Shown: positions 12,213 to 25,800 of the stretch, piece by piece
How the letters are laid out: each line of letters opens with the position of its first letter
How positions within the stretch are numbered: the stretch's first letter is position 1
Assembly (NCBI RefSeq): GCF_009914755.1
Contig: NC_060931.1
Origin: the human T2T-CHM13v2.0 reference genome, Homo sapiens
DNA length: 64,000 nt
Strand: one strand, 5' to 3'
Notes under the pieces: model-generated
What the model was told of the DNA's origin: nothing
The model's input: only the letters and a program-made list of their open reading frames with translations
The model's database searches: none
Program-made: the position numbers and the translations under genes

Positions 12213-12749
12213 GTATCTTTTCTCCAACTTAATAAATTACACAGGATAACCAGGAGAACTCATCCAGACATATTTCATTTGACTTGAATTTTTATCCAAG
12301 GACAAAAATGAACTGGGTTACAAAACAGAACCTAGTGTTTTTATTTGCTTTTTTTTTTTTTTTTTTAAATAAGCTTTTTATATGTGGGTGCTGGTTGGGG
12401 GATAGTTATAGGGTGTTCAAAAATTAAATCCAGGGCGTTAGTGAAATACATAGACAGATTTAAAATAGGGTTCATACAGCAAATGAGTTTTGAATTATTC
12501 AAGGCTTTTTGCTAACTGACTTTCTGATGTTACTAACTTTGAAATCTAGTGATGTCATGAATTCTGCCTGAGAGACTTAGAAAAAAAACTTTTGAAGAGC
12601 TAACTTTTAGGTTGGATTTTAATGAATGAGTTGGTTAAATAATAATAATAAACTGTGTTCAAAGTTGAAATTAGTAATTATTACTCCTTTATGAGAGTTC
12701 TAGGTTAATGGATGTTTGCCATATAACCAATTAGATAATAGTAGACTCT

Positions 12750-12920
12750 GGAGCTGTTCTGCCTACCTTCAGATCTCTTTCTCTCTTACTAGTTGGATAA
12801 TATTGGGCAACTTCTCTATGCCTCGGTGTCCTTATCATTAAAATGGATAAATTATTAGTCACAACCTCATAGAGTTTTTGAGAACACATGATAGGTACAG
12901 TGTAAGTGTTAGCTGTTACT
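12750..12920 (+). mobile_element. MIR fragment
   Basis: ctctatgcctcggtgtccttatcattaaaatgg...acctcatagagt. Confidence 0.6.
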
Positions 12921-13356
12921 TGGAATGTTGGTTGAATTGAGTATTGCATTTGGCAGTAGTCTACTAGTGGCCTTTTAGGAACTGTAGAGTAACTTAATAT
13001 AAGAGACATTATTTGGTGGGCAGAATTAAGATCTTGGGGGCCATTGCTGGTGCAATCCTCACTTGGGAAAATTTAACAAAATATAGTTAGACCTTTTCCA
13101 GGTCTCACCCATTCCATTCCCCAGCTGAGCGGACAGGGGAAGTGCTACAGCACAGCGAGAAAAAAGATAATCAAAGACCAAATATACTCCTTGGAGCCAA
13201 ATCTGAAATCACCTAGATTTTATACTTCAGAAGCAGCAACTTAGCATTCTTCTTGTTTTTTTGCCCTTGTTTGTATAATAACTGACTCTGTGTAAAAATA
13301 TCTCCATACCTTGACAAAGATATTCTGCCTTGATTAGCAGGAATTGAAATAAATAA

Positions 13357-13593
<237 letters not shown>

Positions 13594-14707
13594 TAATGAG
13601 TGTTCCAGTGACTTCTGTATAGAAATAATAGCTTGGGGAATGGTTAGCTTTTGTGACCTTAAGCATCTCACCCTGTCTGCCTAAACTTTTCTGGAAATTT
13701 TCTTTGGTTTCATTTCATCCTAATTCCATTCAACTTTTGAAACCATTTAATTGGTAACTGTTATTTTGCTATGAAATAATTATCTTCAGCTGACCAGTTT
13801 GTTGTATTTATATTGTGTTAGATTCTGTTGTATTTATATTGTGTTAGGTTCAAACAGGCTGTTCATAACAGTAAGATCTATAACTTAATGGATGTTTATG
13901 TCCTGTGTTTTATATATTTCTAATAGTTCATTTCCCTATAAAAAACCTAGGAGATGTGGGTGGTAATAACTGTTATATAAGAGGAGCCTGAGACAGATTG
14001 CTAATGTAGTTCTGCCTGAGGTTGTATAGATCTACATGGTGGATGCTTGTGATTCAAACCTAGATGTTCTGACTGCAAAACCTATGTCTTAAATATGGTA
14101 TTAAACTGCCTCGTATGGTTGTGATGGCTACACAGATTTTTTTTAAAAAGGTGAGTTCTATATACCTCCAAGTCTAGAATATTGATAAAATAGTTAATGC
14201 TTCAGAATTTATTGGGGAATTTATTGTCTTTTTAATGCTTACAACCATTGTTTGAAAGGTTGGGTATTATCTTTTTTTTCAGATGATAAAATAGATTTAT
14301 AATTTATAAAACTTGGTATGGAGAGCAGTAGATTGATGATTCTGATCTAGGACTTTTGACCCTGTTGTGTAGTAATGACTGCTGGTTTTTTTTATTATTA
14401 TAAGAGTATATTAAGATATTTATTTCTCTGGGAGCTCATTTCTTATTTGTCCCAGAGTGGTACAGCTCTATTATATAATTATCGTAAACTCCTATTAATA
14501 GGCTTTTGGAAGCTGTTTATGGACTTTTTTATTACGTGTTACATTTTATTTTCTTCCTTCCTTTTTTTGTGTTTTTAATGCCCAAGTATATAGAGTCTTT
14601 TTTCTAAACTACTTAGCATTTAATTTTTCAAGTTTTAATAGGATATTGAACTTGGTGATTCACAAACTAAACTTGATTGGGTTTTATCCATTGCTAAGAT
14701 TATATTA

Positions 14708-14940
14708 CCGTGAAGTTTTTCAATCTCAGCACGCACTGTTGATATTTTGGGCTGGATTATATTTTGTCATTGTAGGGGTGGGGGCTGTCTTGTGCATTGA
14801 AAGATACTTTGCAGCATCCTTGGCTTCTCCCCACTAGGTGCCGATAGCACCCCCTTCTCCTAGTTGTGACAACCAAAAATGTCTCAGACATAGTCAGATG
14901 TTCAATGGGAGGTAAGATCATCCCCAGTTGATAATCACTG
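14708..14940 (+). mobile_element. MER20 (hAT-Charlie DNA transposon)
   Basis: Diagnostic agttgtgacaaccaaaaatgtctcagacat...cccagttgataatcactg. Confidence 0.85.
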
Positions 14941-16292
14941 GCAGTGATTCTCACTTCTTAGAACAAATTAAAATAATGTATAGAATTTTCTTAAATTTTG
15001 ATTTATTCTTCTATACAAATTAAAAAACCCTTTACATATACATATATACACACATATATATGTTTAAAATACTGTAAAAGAACAAGTAGCCAATAAAATG
15101 AGTAGGAGACTGCTAGTCCCTGAAATGTACTTGTTTTTTATAAATAAAATTATTCCCATCTTGTTATGATGCAATCTGATTCTTTGGAATTTAAACACAG
15201 TTTGGTCTATTTTAATACCCACTTTGCATCTTATTAATGGGTGTTGTCTCTAACTTAGATATAGGAGGTTGAATTGGAACATTTGAAGAAAACATTTGTT
15301 GGAATAGTTAAGAATATGTAATTGGAAATATGACAAGAAGATATTTATGTACTTAAAAGCTAGAATATCTGTCACATTAATTTCAAGCTTATTTTCCACC
15401 AGTGTAATAATCCTTTTCATTTTAGACATTAAAAGAAACCAAGAAGGCCTAGAAGAGCTGTTATATTAATATAATAAGTTAAATGATTCTTAACCTCTAA
15501 TGCAATAAATGTTAAACATGTATGAATAAACTAGAACTGGAGATTGCCCATCTCCTGGCTTCTTAGTAAGAAGTGTCTGTTCTAGTTTTGATCAGCTAAA
15601 TAAGTTTGACTCATTTTTTAGTTTTTAGTGTGGTTGTAAAATGGAGTTAGGAAATAAAAACACCTCAAATAAAGAGACTTCTTAAATGCATAGCCACGTT
15701 AACTGTGACAAGGAAGCCCATAATCTGCTTAAGGTCACAGCAAATTTCAATACATTTTGCAGCTGTCCCCCAAAAGGGATTAAAACTTGTTCTTACCTTA
15801 AATAATTTAATCACCTGAATTATGTGCTTTATTGCTTATTTGAAATATGGCAGTAAATTAGAAAGTAGATGCTTTAATTGTAGCTTTATGCCTTTGGGAT
15901 AAGAATAATTGGAAGTCTGTGAATGTTTGGTTTGGGGACTGGGGAGCCAAGGGTAGAAGCTATATTGGTATATCTGTCTCTCACTGAACTTTGAAATCCC
16001 AGTAATGTCTTATATATGGTGGGAACACAAGAAATATTTGTTGGATGCATTTACTTGGAAGGGAAATGTTAATTGTTTTGCTGTAGTACATCATCTTGTA
16101 GTCAGCATTTCTGGGTTCGATTTTTGCATGAAAACATGTGTTTATGTGTGCCTAGTCCCTAAATACCATGAAGATTTACATTGCCTTATGCAACTGGATA
16201 TTTTCCAAATGTAGACTGTTCTTTGTTAGCTCTATATGAGGTCAGAAAAGAAAAACAATAATAAAGGAAACAAAATTGCTTTTCTTGTCCAG

Positions 16293-16427
16293 GACTTTTT
16301 TTATGAAGACATGGAGTCCTTGACGCAGATGCTTAGGGCCTTGGCAACAGATGGAAATAAACACCGGGCCAAAGTGGACAAGAGAAAGCAGCGGTCAGTT
16401 TTCAGAGATGTCCTGAGGGCAGTGGAG
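16293..16427 (+). CDS. IFRD1: IFRD1 coding exon 9 (135 nt; DFFYEDMESLTQMLRALATDGNKHRAKVDKRKQRSVFRDVLRAVE)
   Basis: cttgtccag acceptor, GAG|gtaggc donor; overlaps ORF 16236..16529. Confidence 0.97.
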
Positions 16428-16816
16428 GTAGGCTTCTTAAATGCTGTAATAGCTTCTCATTTTGAAATTGGATTGTTTCAGGCTGAACTTGACAATTGTA
16501 CCATTTTGTTGATTGAATTTCACCTTTGAAAATAATTTCTCATTTTATGACCTAGCAGGTTTTTAACAATATAAGTGAAGACTTTTTTTTTTTTTCAAAA
16601 CAAAAGAAAATTAATGCTGGTGTATAAAGATACTTTATTTTAGTTTTTTTTCTTTTAAATAAAAAGACCCATAGTGATAGAAATGTGTTTGACCTTGGTG
16701 TATTTGTCATCATTTAAACCATGGTGCTTAGCATATACATTCTTAGTGTACAGTGTTTTTTGTGAATTTAATAAGTTATTACCTACCCCTTAGACTCCAA
16801 CCCAGCTTGATTGTCA

Positions 16817-17107
16817 TTTATTTATTTATTTGAGATGGAGTCTCGCTGTGTTGCCCAGACTGGAGTGCAGTGGCACGATCTTGGCTCACTGCAACCTCCG
16901 CCTCCTGGGTTCAAGTAATTCTTTGCCTCAGCCTCCTGAGTAGCTGGGATTACAGGTGCCCACCACCATATCCGGCTAATTTTTTGTATTTTTAGTAGAG
17001 ACAGGGTTTCACCATCTTGGCCAGGCTGGTCTTGAACTCCTGACCTTGTGATCCACCCGCATCGGCCTTCCAAAGTGCTGGGATTACAGGCGTGAGCCAC
17101 CGTGCCA
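16817..17107 (-). mobile_element. AluS SINE (Sg/Sc-like)
   Basis: Full dimer with (TTTA)n tail. Confidence 0.92.
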
Positions 17108-17330
17108 GAGATCTTCATGATCTTTCTAGGAAAGCTGGAGGCTAAAAACCGAAATAACAAAACCCAGCATTTTAACAAGGCCACTTAAAATCATTATCTG
17201 ATGCTTGAATTTCTTCTGTAATCCTCAAACCTGTTTCAATCTATATGGCAAATAAATTGGTTTAGAATGCATGGCTAAAATGAACTATAGGACAAAAGAT
17301 ATCTCACTGGAGAAAACTGAAAACTTTAAT

Positions 17331-17407
17331 AATTGTTTTTTGGTAGGCCAGGTAAATATTTTTTGGTAGGCCAGGTAAATTGTTTTTGGTAGGCCAGGTA
17401 AATATTT
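17331..17407. repeat. Three tandem copies of a ~23-bp unit (tttttggtaggccaggtaaat..)
   Basis: Directly visible. Confidence 0.9.
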
Positions 17408-18938
17408 CTTGGATTTGAAGGGTGTGTTTCTTCGATTATTGCTATCTGATACAGCAGTTATTTTAAGAATATCATCAAAATGTCATTCAACTTGATGTGT
17501 GTGTGAAAATTTAAAATGAGAATTTAAACTGGAGATGGTGAGACCCCACCCCAGATCCAGTTTTAATATGTTCCAGTGAATTCTTATATGTACCCTACTT
17601 TCCTAATTTTAATCTATTTTTAGAAAAGTAAAATCTAGGATACAAATTAGATCCTTTGGGATCTAAATACTTTTGGTTAATGCTGACTCTTATCACATTA
17701 TAGTAGGATTTTATATTCACTCTGGATTTTATAGTCTAAAAAACAAAAAAACCCCTAACTCGAGCAAATATCAATATTAAGAATTAAAAATTAGTCTTAT
17801 AATTAGTGTGGCAGTATCTCTAAAGTAAGCCATTTTCTTTAAGTAACTATAAACTATTCCTATATTTGATTTTTTTTTGAGTTACTGTAGTCTCCAAAGA
17901 TATGATGACATGTCCTAGATTTTCTGGATGGACCTGATTTCAAGTTTTCTGCCCTCATGCATCCCCTTTGAGTAGTAGATTGTAAGGGTCTCTACTGGCC
18001 CTCAAACCGGGCCAGCCATAGCACTCAGTACTGATTATTCAGAGGAAGACACAAGTGACGTTTCAGCTTACACCAGTATTAACAGCCCTTTGTTGTGTAT
18101 TCCTCAGGCACTGTTAAATGGAAACCATTCCTATCCCATAGTGATCTACCCGCCCACCTTCTTTTCTTCATCTCAGGATCTCCCTTGTCCCTCCAGCCTC
18201 TGCTTCAATGCACCTGCCTGAGAAAGGCCTGTCCTCAGGGCTTTGCTGAGAGTTGTTTCTCTTTTTTTTTTTTCACTGGAACCTAGCTTTTTCTGGAGCA
18301 CCCAGCTTCTCGGATGGGTCTTTAAATGAAGGTTGCTCAACTGCCACAAAGGATATGTAAACATCTTAGTTGTGGTAGTGGCTGCCACACCATTTCTTTT
18401 TATTTAAAACATTTCTTGAGGCTCATGGATTCCTCAAATCAGCAAGCACTTAATGTTTTAGGTGTTTTGCCATACAGTTTTCTTATCTCATTATACCTCT
18501 TAAGCAATAGAATAGTCTCCTTCTAAAGGAGAAATGGGAACCAAAGGAATACAGAATAGTTAAGTAGCAGAGCTGAAATTTGAACCCACTGTTCTGTGCT
18601 CTTTGAGCATGGCCAAATCCTATATACAGATAGGTCAAGTGAGAAAGTAACGTTTCACTTAGGTCCGTCGATTAGGTCCTTGGTGACCTTTATAAGAGCA
18701 GCTTCAGTGGAGTGATGAGGGAAAAGCCAGACTGAAGTGGATTGAAAAGTGAGAAGTGATTAAGTGAAGGTGGTATGCCTTGACTATTTTAAAAACCTTG
18801 GCTGTGATGGGAAGGGGAAGAGAGTTGATAGCTGGAATGTAGTGCCAGATTGCGGGAAGGTTTGTTGTTTTGTTTTGTTCTAGATACTAGAGACAATTTA
18901 TGGAGAAGGAACCTGTGGAGAAAGGAGCATCTGAAAAT

Positions 18939-19268
18939 GTAGTCTGTTCTTAATATCCATGAGGCATTGGTTCCAGGATCCCCCTCAGATACCAAAATTT
19001 GAGTATTCAAGTCCCTGATATAAAATGGCATAGTATTTGCATATAACCTATGCACGTATACTTTAAATCATCTGTAGATTACTTATAATACCTAATACAA
19101 TGTAAGTGCTATGTAAATAGTTGTTATACTTTATTGTTTAGGGAATAGTGGAAAGAAAGAATAGTCTATACATGTTCAGTATAGTTGCAATTTTTTTCTG
19201 AATATTTTCAGTCCATGGTTGGTTGAATCCGTGATGCAGAACCAACCAGATATGGAGGATTGACTATA
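18939..19268 (+). mobile_element. MER2 (Tigger-family DNA transposon)
   Basis: ttggttccaggatccccc...ataccaaaat...gtatttgcatataaccta; degenerate TIRs. Confidence 0.82.
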
Positions 19269-19459
19269 TATGTAAAAGATTGAGATTAACCTTGAATTGT
19301 GGAGGGACAGAGGTTTGTCTGTTACCAACAGGAAAGAGGATAATAGGTAAGGATGCTGATGACTTTATAGAGGGTTGGTGGGAAACAGTTCTTTCTTGGT
19401 GCCTTAATGTTTTCTGAATTAAAGAAGATTGAAATAAGATAACTCTACTGTTATTTATT

Positions 19460-19680
19460 TATTTATTTTTGAGCTGCTGTTACGCACCAGACGGTCACTG
19501 TGTTTGCCTCACATGCATGTCCTCTTTTACACCTCTAATAACCCTCATGCAGTATAGGTAAAGATGGCCCCATTTTACGGGCAAGGGAACAGACTCAGCA
19601 AGGTTAAGTTACTTGATGAAATCACAAGCCCGCAAGTTGCATGTCTGTATTAAGTCTAGGGTTGACGGTCTTTCCTATTA
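19460..19680 (-). mobile_element. MIR fragment
   Basis: cccattttacgggcaagggaacagactcagcaaggttaagttactt. Confidence 0.6.
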
Positions 19681-20530
19681 CATTATATACTTTGTCTGCT
19701 GAGTGAGAAGGGGCTGAGGTAGATGTCTGGAAGGCAGGTGGAGTGGTTTTGTCATTCAAGTTCCATCTCCTTTCTCCTCTCCCTGTGGCAGTCAGCTCCT
19801 CCCTTCCTGGTTACTCTGACATACTCATGATTTACCAAAGAATTAAGTAGCCAGTTTTCTTCTTAACAAGTTCTGCCACTATTCCAGCTGACTTTTTTTT
19901 TAATCCATCTGACTTCTGTTTCTGTGTCATTTGGGCTGCACTCCCATGGTTACACCTTCGAAATGGTCTTCTGACAGAATTGTTTCATCACTAAAATCTT
20001 AGATTCTAGTGTTACCTCTTATTTTCTTAGAAACCTAGCCTGAGACCTCTTGGAGCCCTCTGGTTGCTGGACCTTTCCTTTTTGCTTGGTCAGTTAAACC
20101 TATTTACCCTCACTTCCTTCCCTGGATCCCTACTGCCCATCATTTCACCCCCTGCTTGTGGTGCCATTTTGTTTTCCTGACTGTTCTGCAACTTTCTTCC
20201 CTCTCCTATCCTAGGCCATTAAAAACACCTGACTTTTTTTAAGTTTGTTGAGAGCTGTTGAAATTTAAAGGTATTCTCAACAATGTGGTTTTTGCCTTAA
20301 TTGTTACTGAAACTCAGTTGTGCCTTCAAGTTTATCAAAACTAGACCAATTCTACACCCTTACATACAGGATAGCAACAGTTTGTCCACATCTCAGGTAT
20401 GGCAGTATCAGTTTAAGCCATATTGTTCATTTATCTCAGCATGTATATGACTGTTTAGAAATTGTGTTTACATAAGATCCCTCTGAGCCATTTTAGTGCC
20501 TGTGGTAATTTTGGTTCTTCCATTGGTTAG

Positions 20531-20659
20531 GAACGGGATTTTCCAACAGAAACCATTAAATTTGGTCCTGAACGCATGTATATTGATTGCTGGGTAAAAA
20601 AACACACCTATGACACCTTTAAGGAGGTTCTTGGATCAGGGATGCAGTACCACTTGCAG
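20531..20659 (+). CDS. IFRD1: IFRD1 coding exon 10 (129 nt; ERDFPTETIKFGPERMYIDCWVKKHTYDTFKEVLGSGMQYHLQ)
   Basis: ggttag acceptor, CAG|gtaagt donor, phase 0-0. Confidence 0.96.
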
Positions 20660-21077
20660 GTAAGTGTCATCCTTTCTACATATTTGCTTTTAAAGTAGGG
20701 AGCAGTCTTGAATATAGCTCACTTAATTGGCTTTTGAAATTAATTAGGTATCCAGAGTGCTTCCACATGTTAGAAAACAGTAAACTTGTTTTTGAAAGTA
20801 GACTTGAATAAATCTGAAGCTGTTCCTTTTTTTTTCTTTGTATTGTTAAAGTTGGGTGGACGGTTACTGATGTCTGTATGAAAGCAAATAGCTTGACATA
20901 GCTGTCTTGGATTCAAGGCATTGAAAACAATTTGCTTTCTATTGAGAAACAGAAAATAAGTGATCTAAGTTTATCTGTGGGTTCCACATAACTTCTGTTA
21001 ATCAGAGTCACTCTGTCTAGTGAAAAAGAGCTATAATGTTTAATACTGAGCCATACCACCTTTTTCTTTCACATAAG

Positions 21078-21173
21078 TCAAATGAATTCCTTCGAAATGT
21101 ATTTGAACTTGGACCCCCAGTGATGCTTGATGCTGCAACGCTTAAAACGATGAAGATTTCTCGTTTCGAAAGG
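21078..21173 (+). CDS. IFRD1: IFRD1 coding exon 11 (96 nt; SNEFLRNVFELGPPVMLDAATLKTMKISRFER)
   Basis: Pyrimidine tract + uncommon AAG acceptor, AGG|gtaggt donor; overlaps ORF 21036..21284. Confidence 0.95.
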
Positions 21174-21341
21174 GTAGGTTTTGTTTTTATTTTTAATAAA
21201 ACTAAGTGCGCCAAAGCTTTGATTCTGTCTAGTGTCAGCAACTTAGCTGTGTCTACCTATATGTGGAGTTTTAGTTTTTCATGATGCTTCACATAGAATA
21301 GCTGTACTAAAGATACAGAAAGCATTTAGAGTGTGGGGGGC

Positions 21342-21377
<36 letters not shown>
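21342..21377. repeat. (TG)n microsatellite
   Basis: Directly visible. Confidence 0.9.
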
Positions 21378-21707
21378 CAGCCTGGGTGACACGAGTGGGA
21401 CCTTGTCTCAAAAGCAAAACAGAGAAAAGAATATTGCTGCTTGTTTGCCCATTAGGTGTATTTCTTTCATTTTATGAAACATATTTTGACAACACGTTAA
21501 AATTTAATATGTACATATATATTTTACGTATAATTCTATCTTAATATAGGAACGGTGTTCATTATTTGTTTCTTTTTATTCTTTGGAGTTTTTATGTTTA
21601 AGAATAAGTATTTACATAGTCCTTTTGTATCAGATAATAGCCTGCTAAGTGAAGTACCAGACTCGTTTTACAAATGAGGCAACTTAAGAGAGTTAAATAG
21701 TAATTAA

Positions 21708-22750
<1,043 letters not shown>

Positions 22751-23238
22751 GTTTAATTACATTTTATAGAACCTGGATATTTTATCAGTTTTATATCCAC
22801 ATAATTGTTTCTTGTACGGCATTTTAAGTTTTTTTTAAGAAACATTAATATTTTTACATACTTCTCTCTTTTGAATAATTTTTTTGAAGAAATCCCCTGC
22901 ATAATGTATTGCCAAATTACTTTCCAAAGTTACTCTTATATTGGAGACGATATTTAAATTGTTTCCAGCAATGAATGAAGGCATGTAGCTGTTACACAAA
23001 GATTTGACACCATTGAGTTTTATAATTTAAAAAATGTGTTTATTTAATTGATATTAAAATGGCACTTCATCACTTTTTTCCTTGTTCTAATTGACAGCCA
23101 AGTAGGACTATTTTCTGCATTAGTCATGATTTGTCTTTTCTTGGATGAAACTAAATGTTGATGTCCATTTTTCACTGTTGGTTTTTGAAATTGTCTAACT
23201 TTCTTGGCGTTTTACAATTTGATTAGTACTTTTCTTAA

Positions 23239-23560
<322 letters not shown>

Positions 23561-23732
23561 CCTGTTAACTCTTTGTTTTTCTCCTTCATTCTTTGTGTGT
23601 GTTTTATAAACATTTAAATGTTTATAGGGTCAAATTAGTTCATTTCTTTTCTTTGTGACTTTTACCCTTTTTCTGTTTTGTAAGAATATCTTAAGTCTTA
23701 CTGATGCACGTTTTTCCTTTTTTTCATTTTAG

Positions 23733-23822
23733 CATTTATATAACTCTGCAGCCTTCAAAGCTCGAACCAAAGCTAGAAGCAAATGTCGAGATAAGAGAGC
23801 AGATGTTGGAGAATTCTTCTAG
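23733..23822 (+). CDS. IFRD1: IFRD1 last coding exon 12 (HLYNSAAFKARTKARSKCRDKRADVGEFF*)
   Basis: Long pyrimidine tract + tag acceptor; TAG stop at 23820-23822. Exon lengths add up to the 451-aa protein if exon 1 supplies 94 coding nt. Confidence 0.97.
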   Translation, partial: HLYNSAAFKARTKARSKCRDKRADVGEFF

Positions 23823-24469
23823 ATTTTCAGAACTTGAAGACTATTTTCTAATTTCTATTTTTTTTTCTATTTCAATGTATTTAAACTCTAGACACAGTTT
23901 TTATCTTGGATTAACTTAGATAACTTTTGTAGCAGTGGTTATATTGCTTATAATTTAATGTACAATACTATTGAAACTGGTGAGTTCTGATTATTAAATA
24001 TTCTCTGTAAATCAGTAAACATGTATAAAGTATTTGTAATGTTTGGTCATAATTTATTTATGAAGACAGCAAAAGACTGATTTCATGATGGGGAAAACAA
24101 TTAGCCAAAGTTTAATTTCTTACACTGTGGTTGTCAAGAATACTGATTTACTATAATGATATATACATGCAAGATATTTAACTTAATATCTTAGACAAGA
24201 GTTCTGGGTACAATTTTGGGATCTAGTTCCCCTGGAAAAGCTGCTGTATTTTTAATTTTTAATGGAATGTAGCTTTTAAAATCCTGTCACTGGCATCAAC
24301 AAAAGGAATTATACCATGAGACCTTATAGCTGTACTTAAAAGCCATTCAGTTCAGCTATTGGGAGTTCATGATGAATTAGCATATGCCAGAAAGGTTGCT
24401 AACCTTAACATCTGAGAGCAGTAACACTGATTTTATCTGCTGTATGAGACTTTGTGCATTTTACTTTGA

Positions 24470-24475
24470 AATAAA
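24470..24475 (+). terminator. IFRD1: Proximal IFRD1 poly(A) signal AATAAA
   Basis: Canonical hexamer with upstream TGTA and U-rich context, ~650 nt after the stop. Confidence 0.7.
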
Positions 24476-24680
24476 GATTTTTTTCCACACTGAAAGTGCT
24501 TCTCTTCTAATAGAAGAAATATTATTTATGGCTTTGAGGTACAGAGTCCAAAATGACTAGGCCAGGTGGGCAGGGAGACAAAGCTTTATGTGTATATTTA
24601 CAAACATTAAAGTAGATGAAAAGAATGTAGCAATACATAATTGGGATTAAGGTTTCTGACTTTCAAGAATATTTCTGCTT

Positions 24681-24968
24681 GGCAACATGCAGTGTGGCTC
24701 ATGCCTATAATCAGCACTCTGGGGAGGCTGAGGCGGGAGGATGGCATGAGCCCAGTTTGAGACCAGCCTGGGCAACATAGCGAGCCCCTGTCTCTACCAG
24801 AAATTTAAAAAATGAGTGTGGTGGTGTGTGCTTCTACTCTTTATCTACTTGGGTGCTGAGGCAAGAGGGTAACTTGAGCCCAGGAGGTCAAAGCTGCAGT
24901 GAGCCGCGATTGTGCCACTCCAGCCTGGGTGACGAGTGAGACCTTGTCTCAAAAGCAAAACAAAAAAG
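24681..24968 (+). mobile_element. AluJ SINE in the extended IFRD1 3' UTR
   Basis: Degenerate dimer, gagcccaggaggtcaaagctgcagtgagc. Confidence 0.88.
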
Positions 24969-25466
24969 AATATTGCTGCTTGTTTGCCCATGAGATATAT
25001 TTCTTTCATTTTATGAAAAGCATTTTGACAACACGTTAACATTTAATAAACTTTAGATTAAAATATATAGTGCAAGCAACATGCCATTTCAAATCCGTAG
25101 ACTTGTTTCTTTGATACTCTTGCTGTAGGTCGCCGTGAGGGGTAGGGAAGCATATATACTGTAGGGAGAAGTATCAAAATCATTTAAGGTCTTTTTTCCA
25201 AACTAGTGTTCCCCTCCCACATCCCAATAACTCTTGGAAGTCTGGTGCTCCCTCTAGGTGAAAATCATTTGCTGGCTTATGGAGTCACTGTTGCTGAGTC
25301 CCATCCCCCAGTTACAGTGCAGTGGAAAACAGGTTTAGAATCTAGAACTTGTTTGTATGTTGTCACTTGGTTATGTTCCAAGTAGGTTAGAACCATGGAA
25401 AAGAGATTGCAAATGGTAGTTTCTTCTAGATATTCAAATGCATATATGTATGTACATGTAATTATA

Positions 25467-25800
<334 letters not shown>

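Noticed and set aside
17331-17407. Direct repeats as a CRISPR-like array
   Set aside because: No unique spacers, eukaryotic intron; it is a simple tandem repeat.
23704-23919. 71-aa alternative-frame ORF overlapping IFRD1 exon 12
   Set aside because: Starts in the polypyrimidine tract of intron 11 and shows no recognisable motif; a by-product of the real exon.
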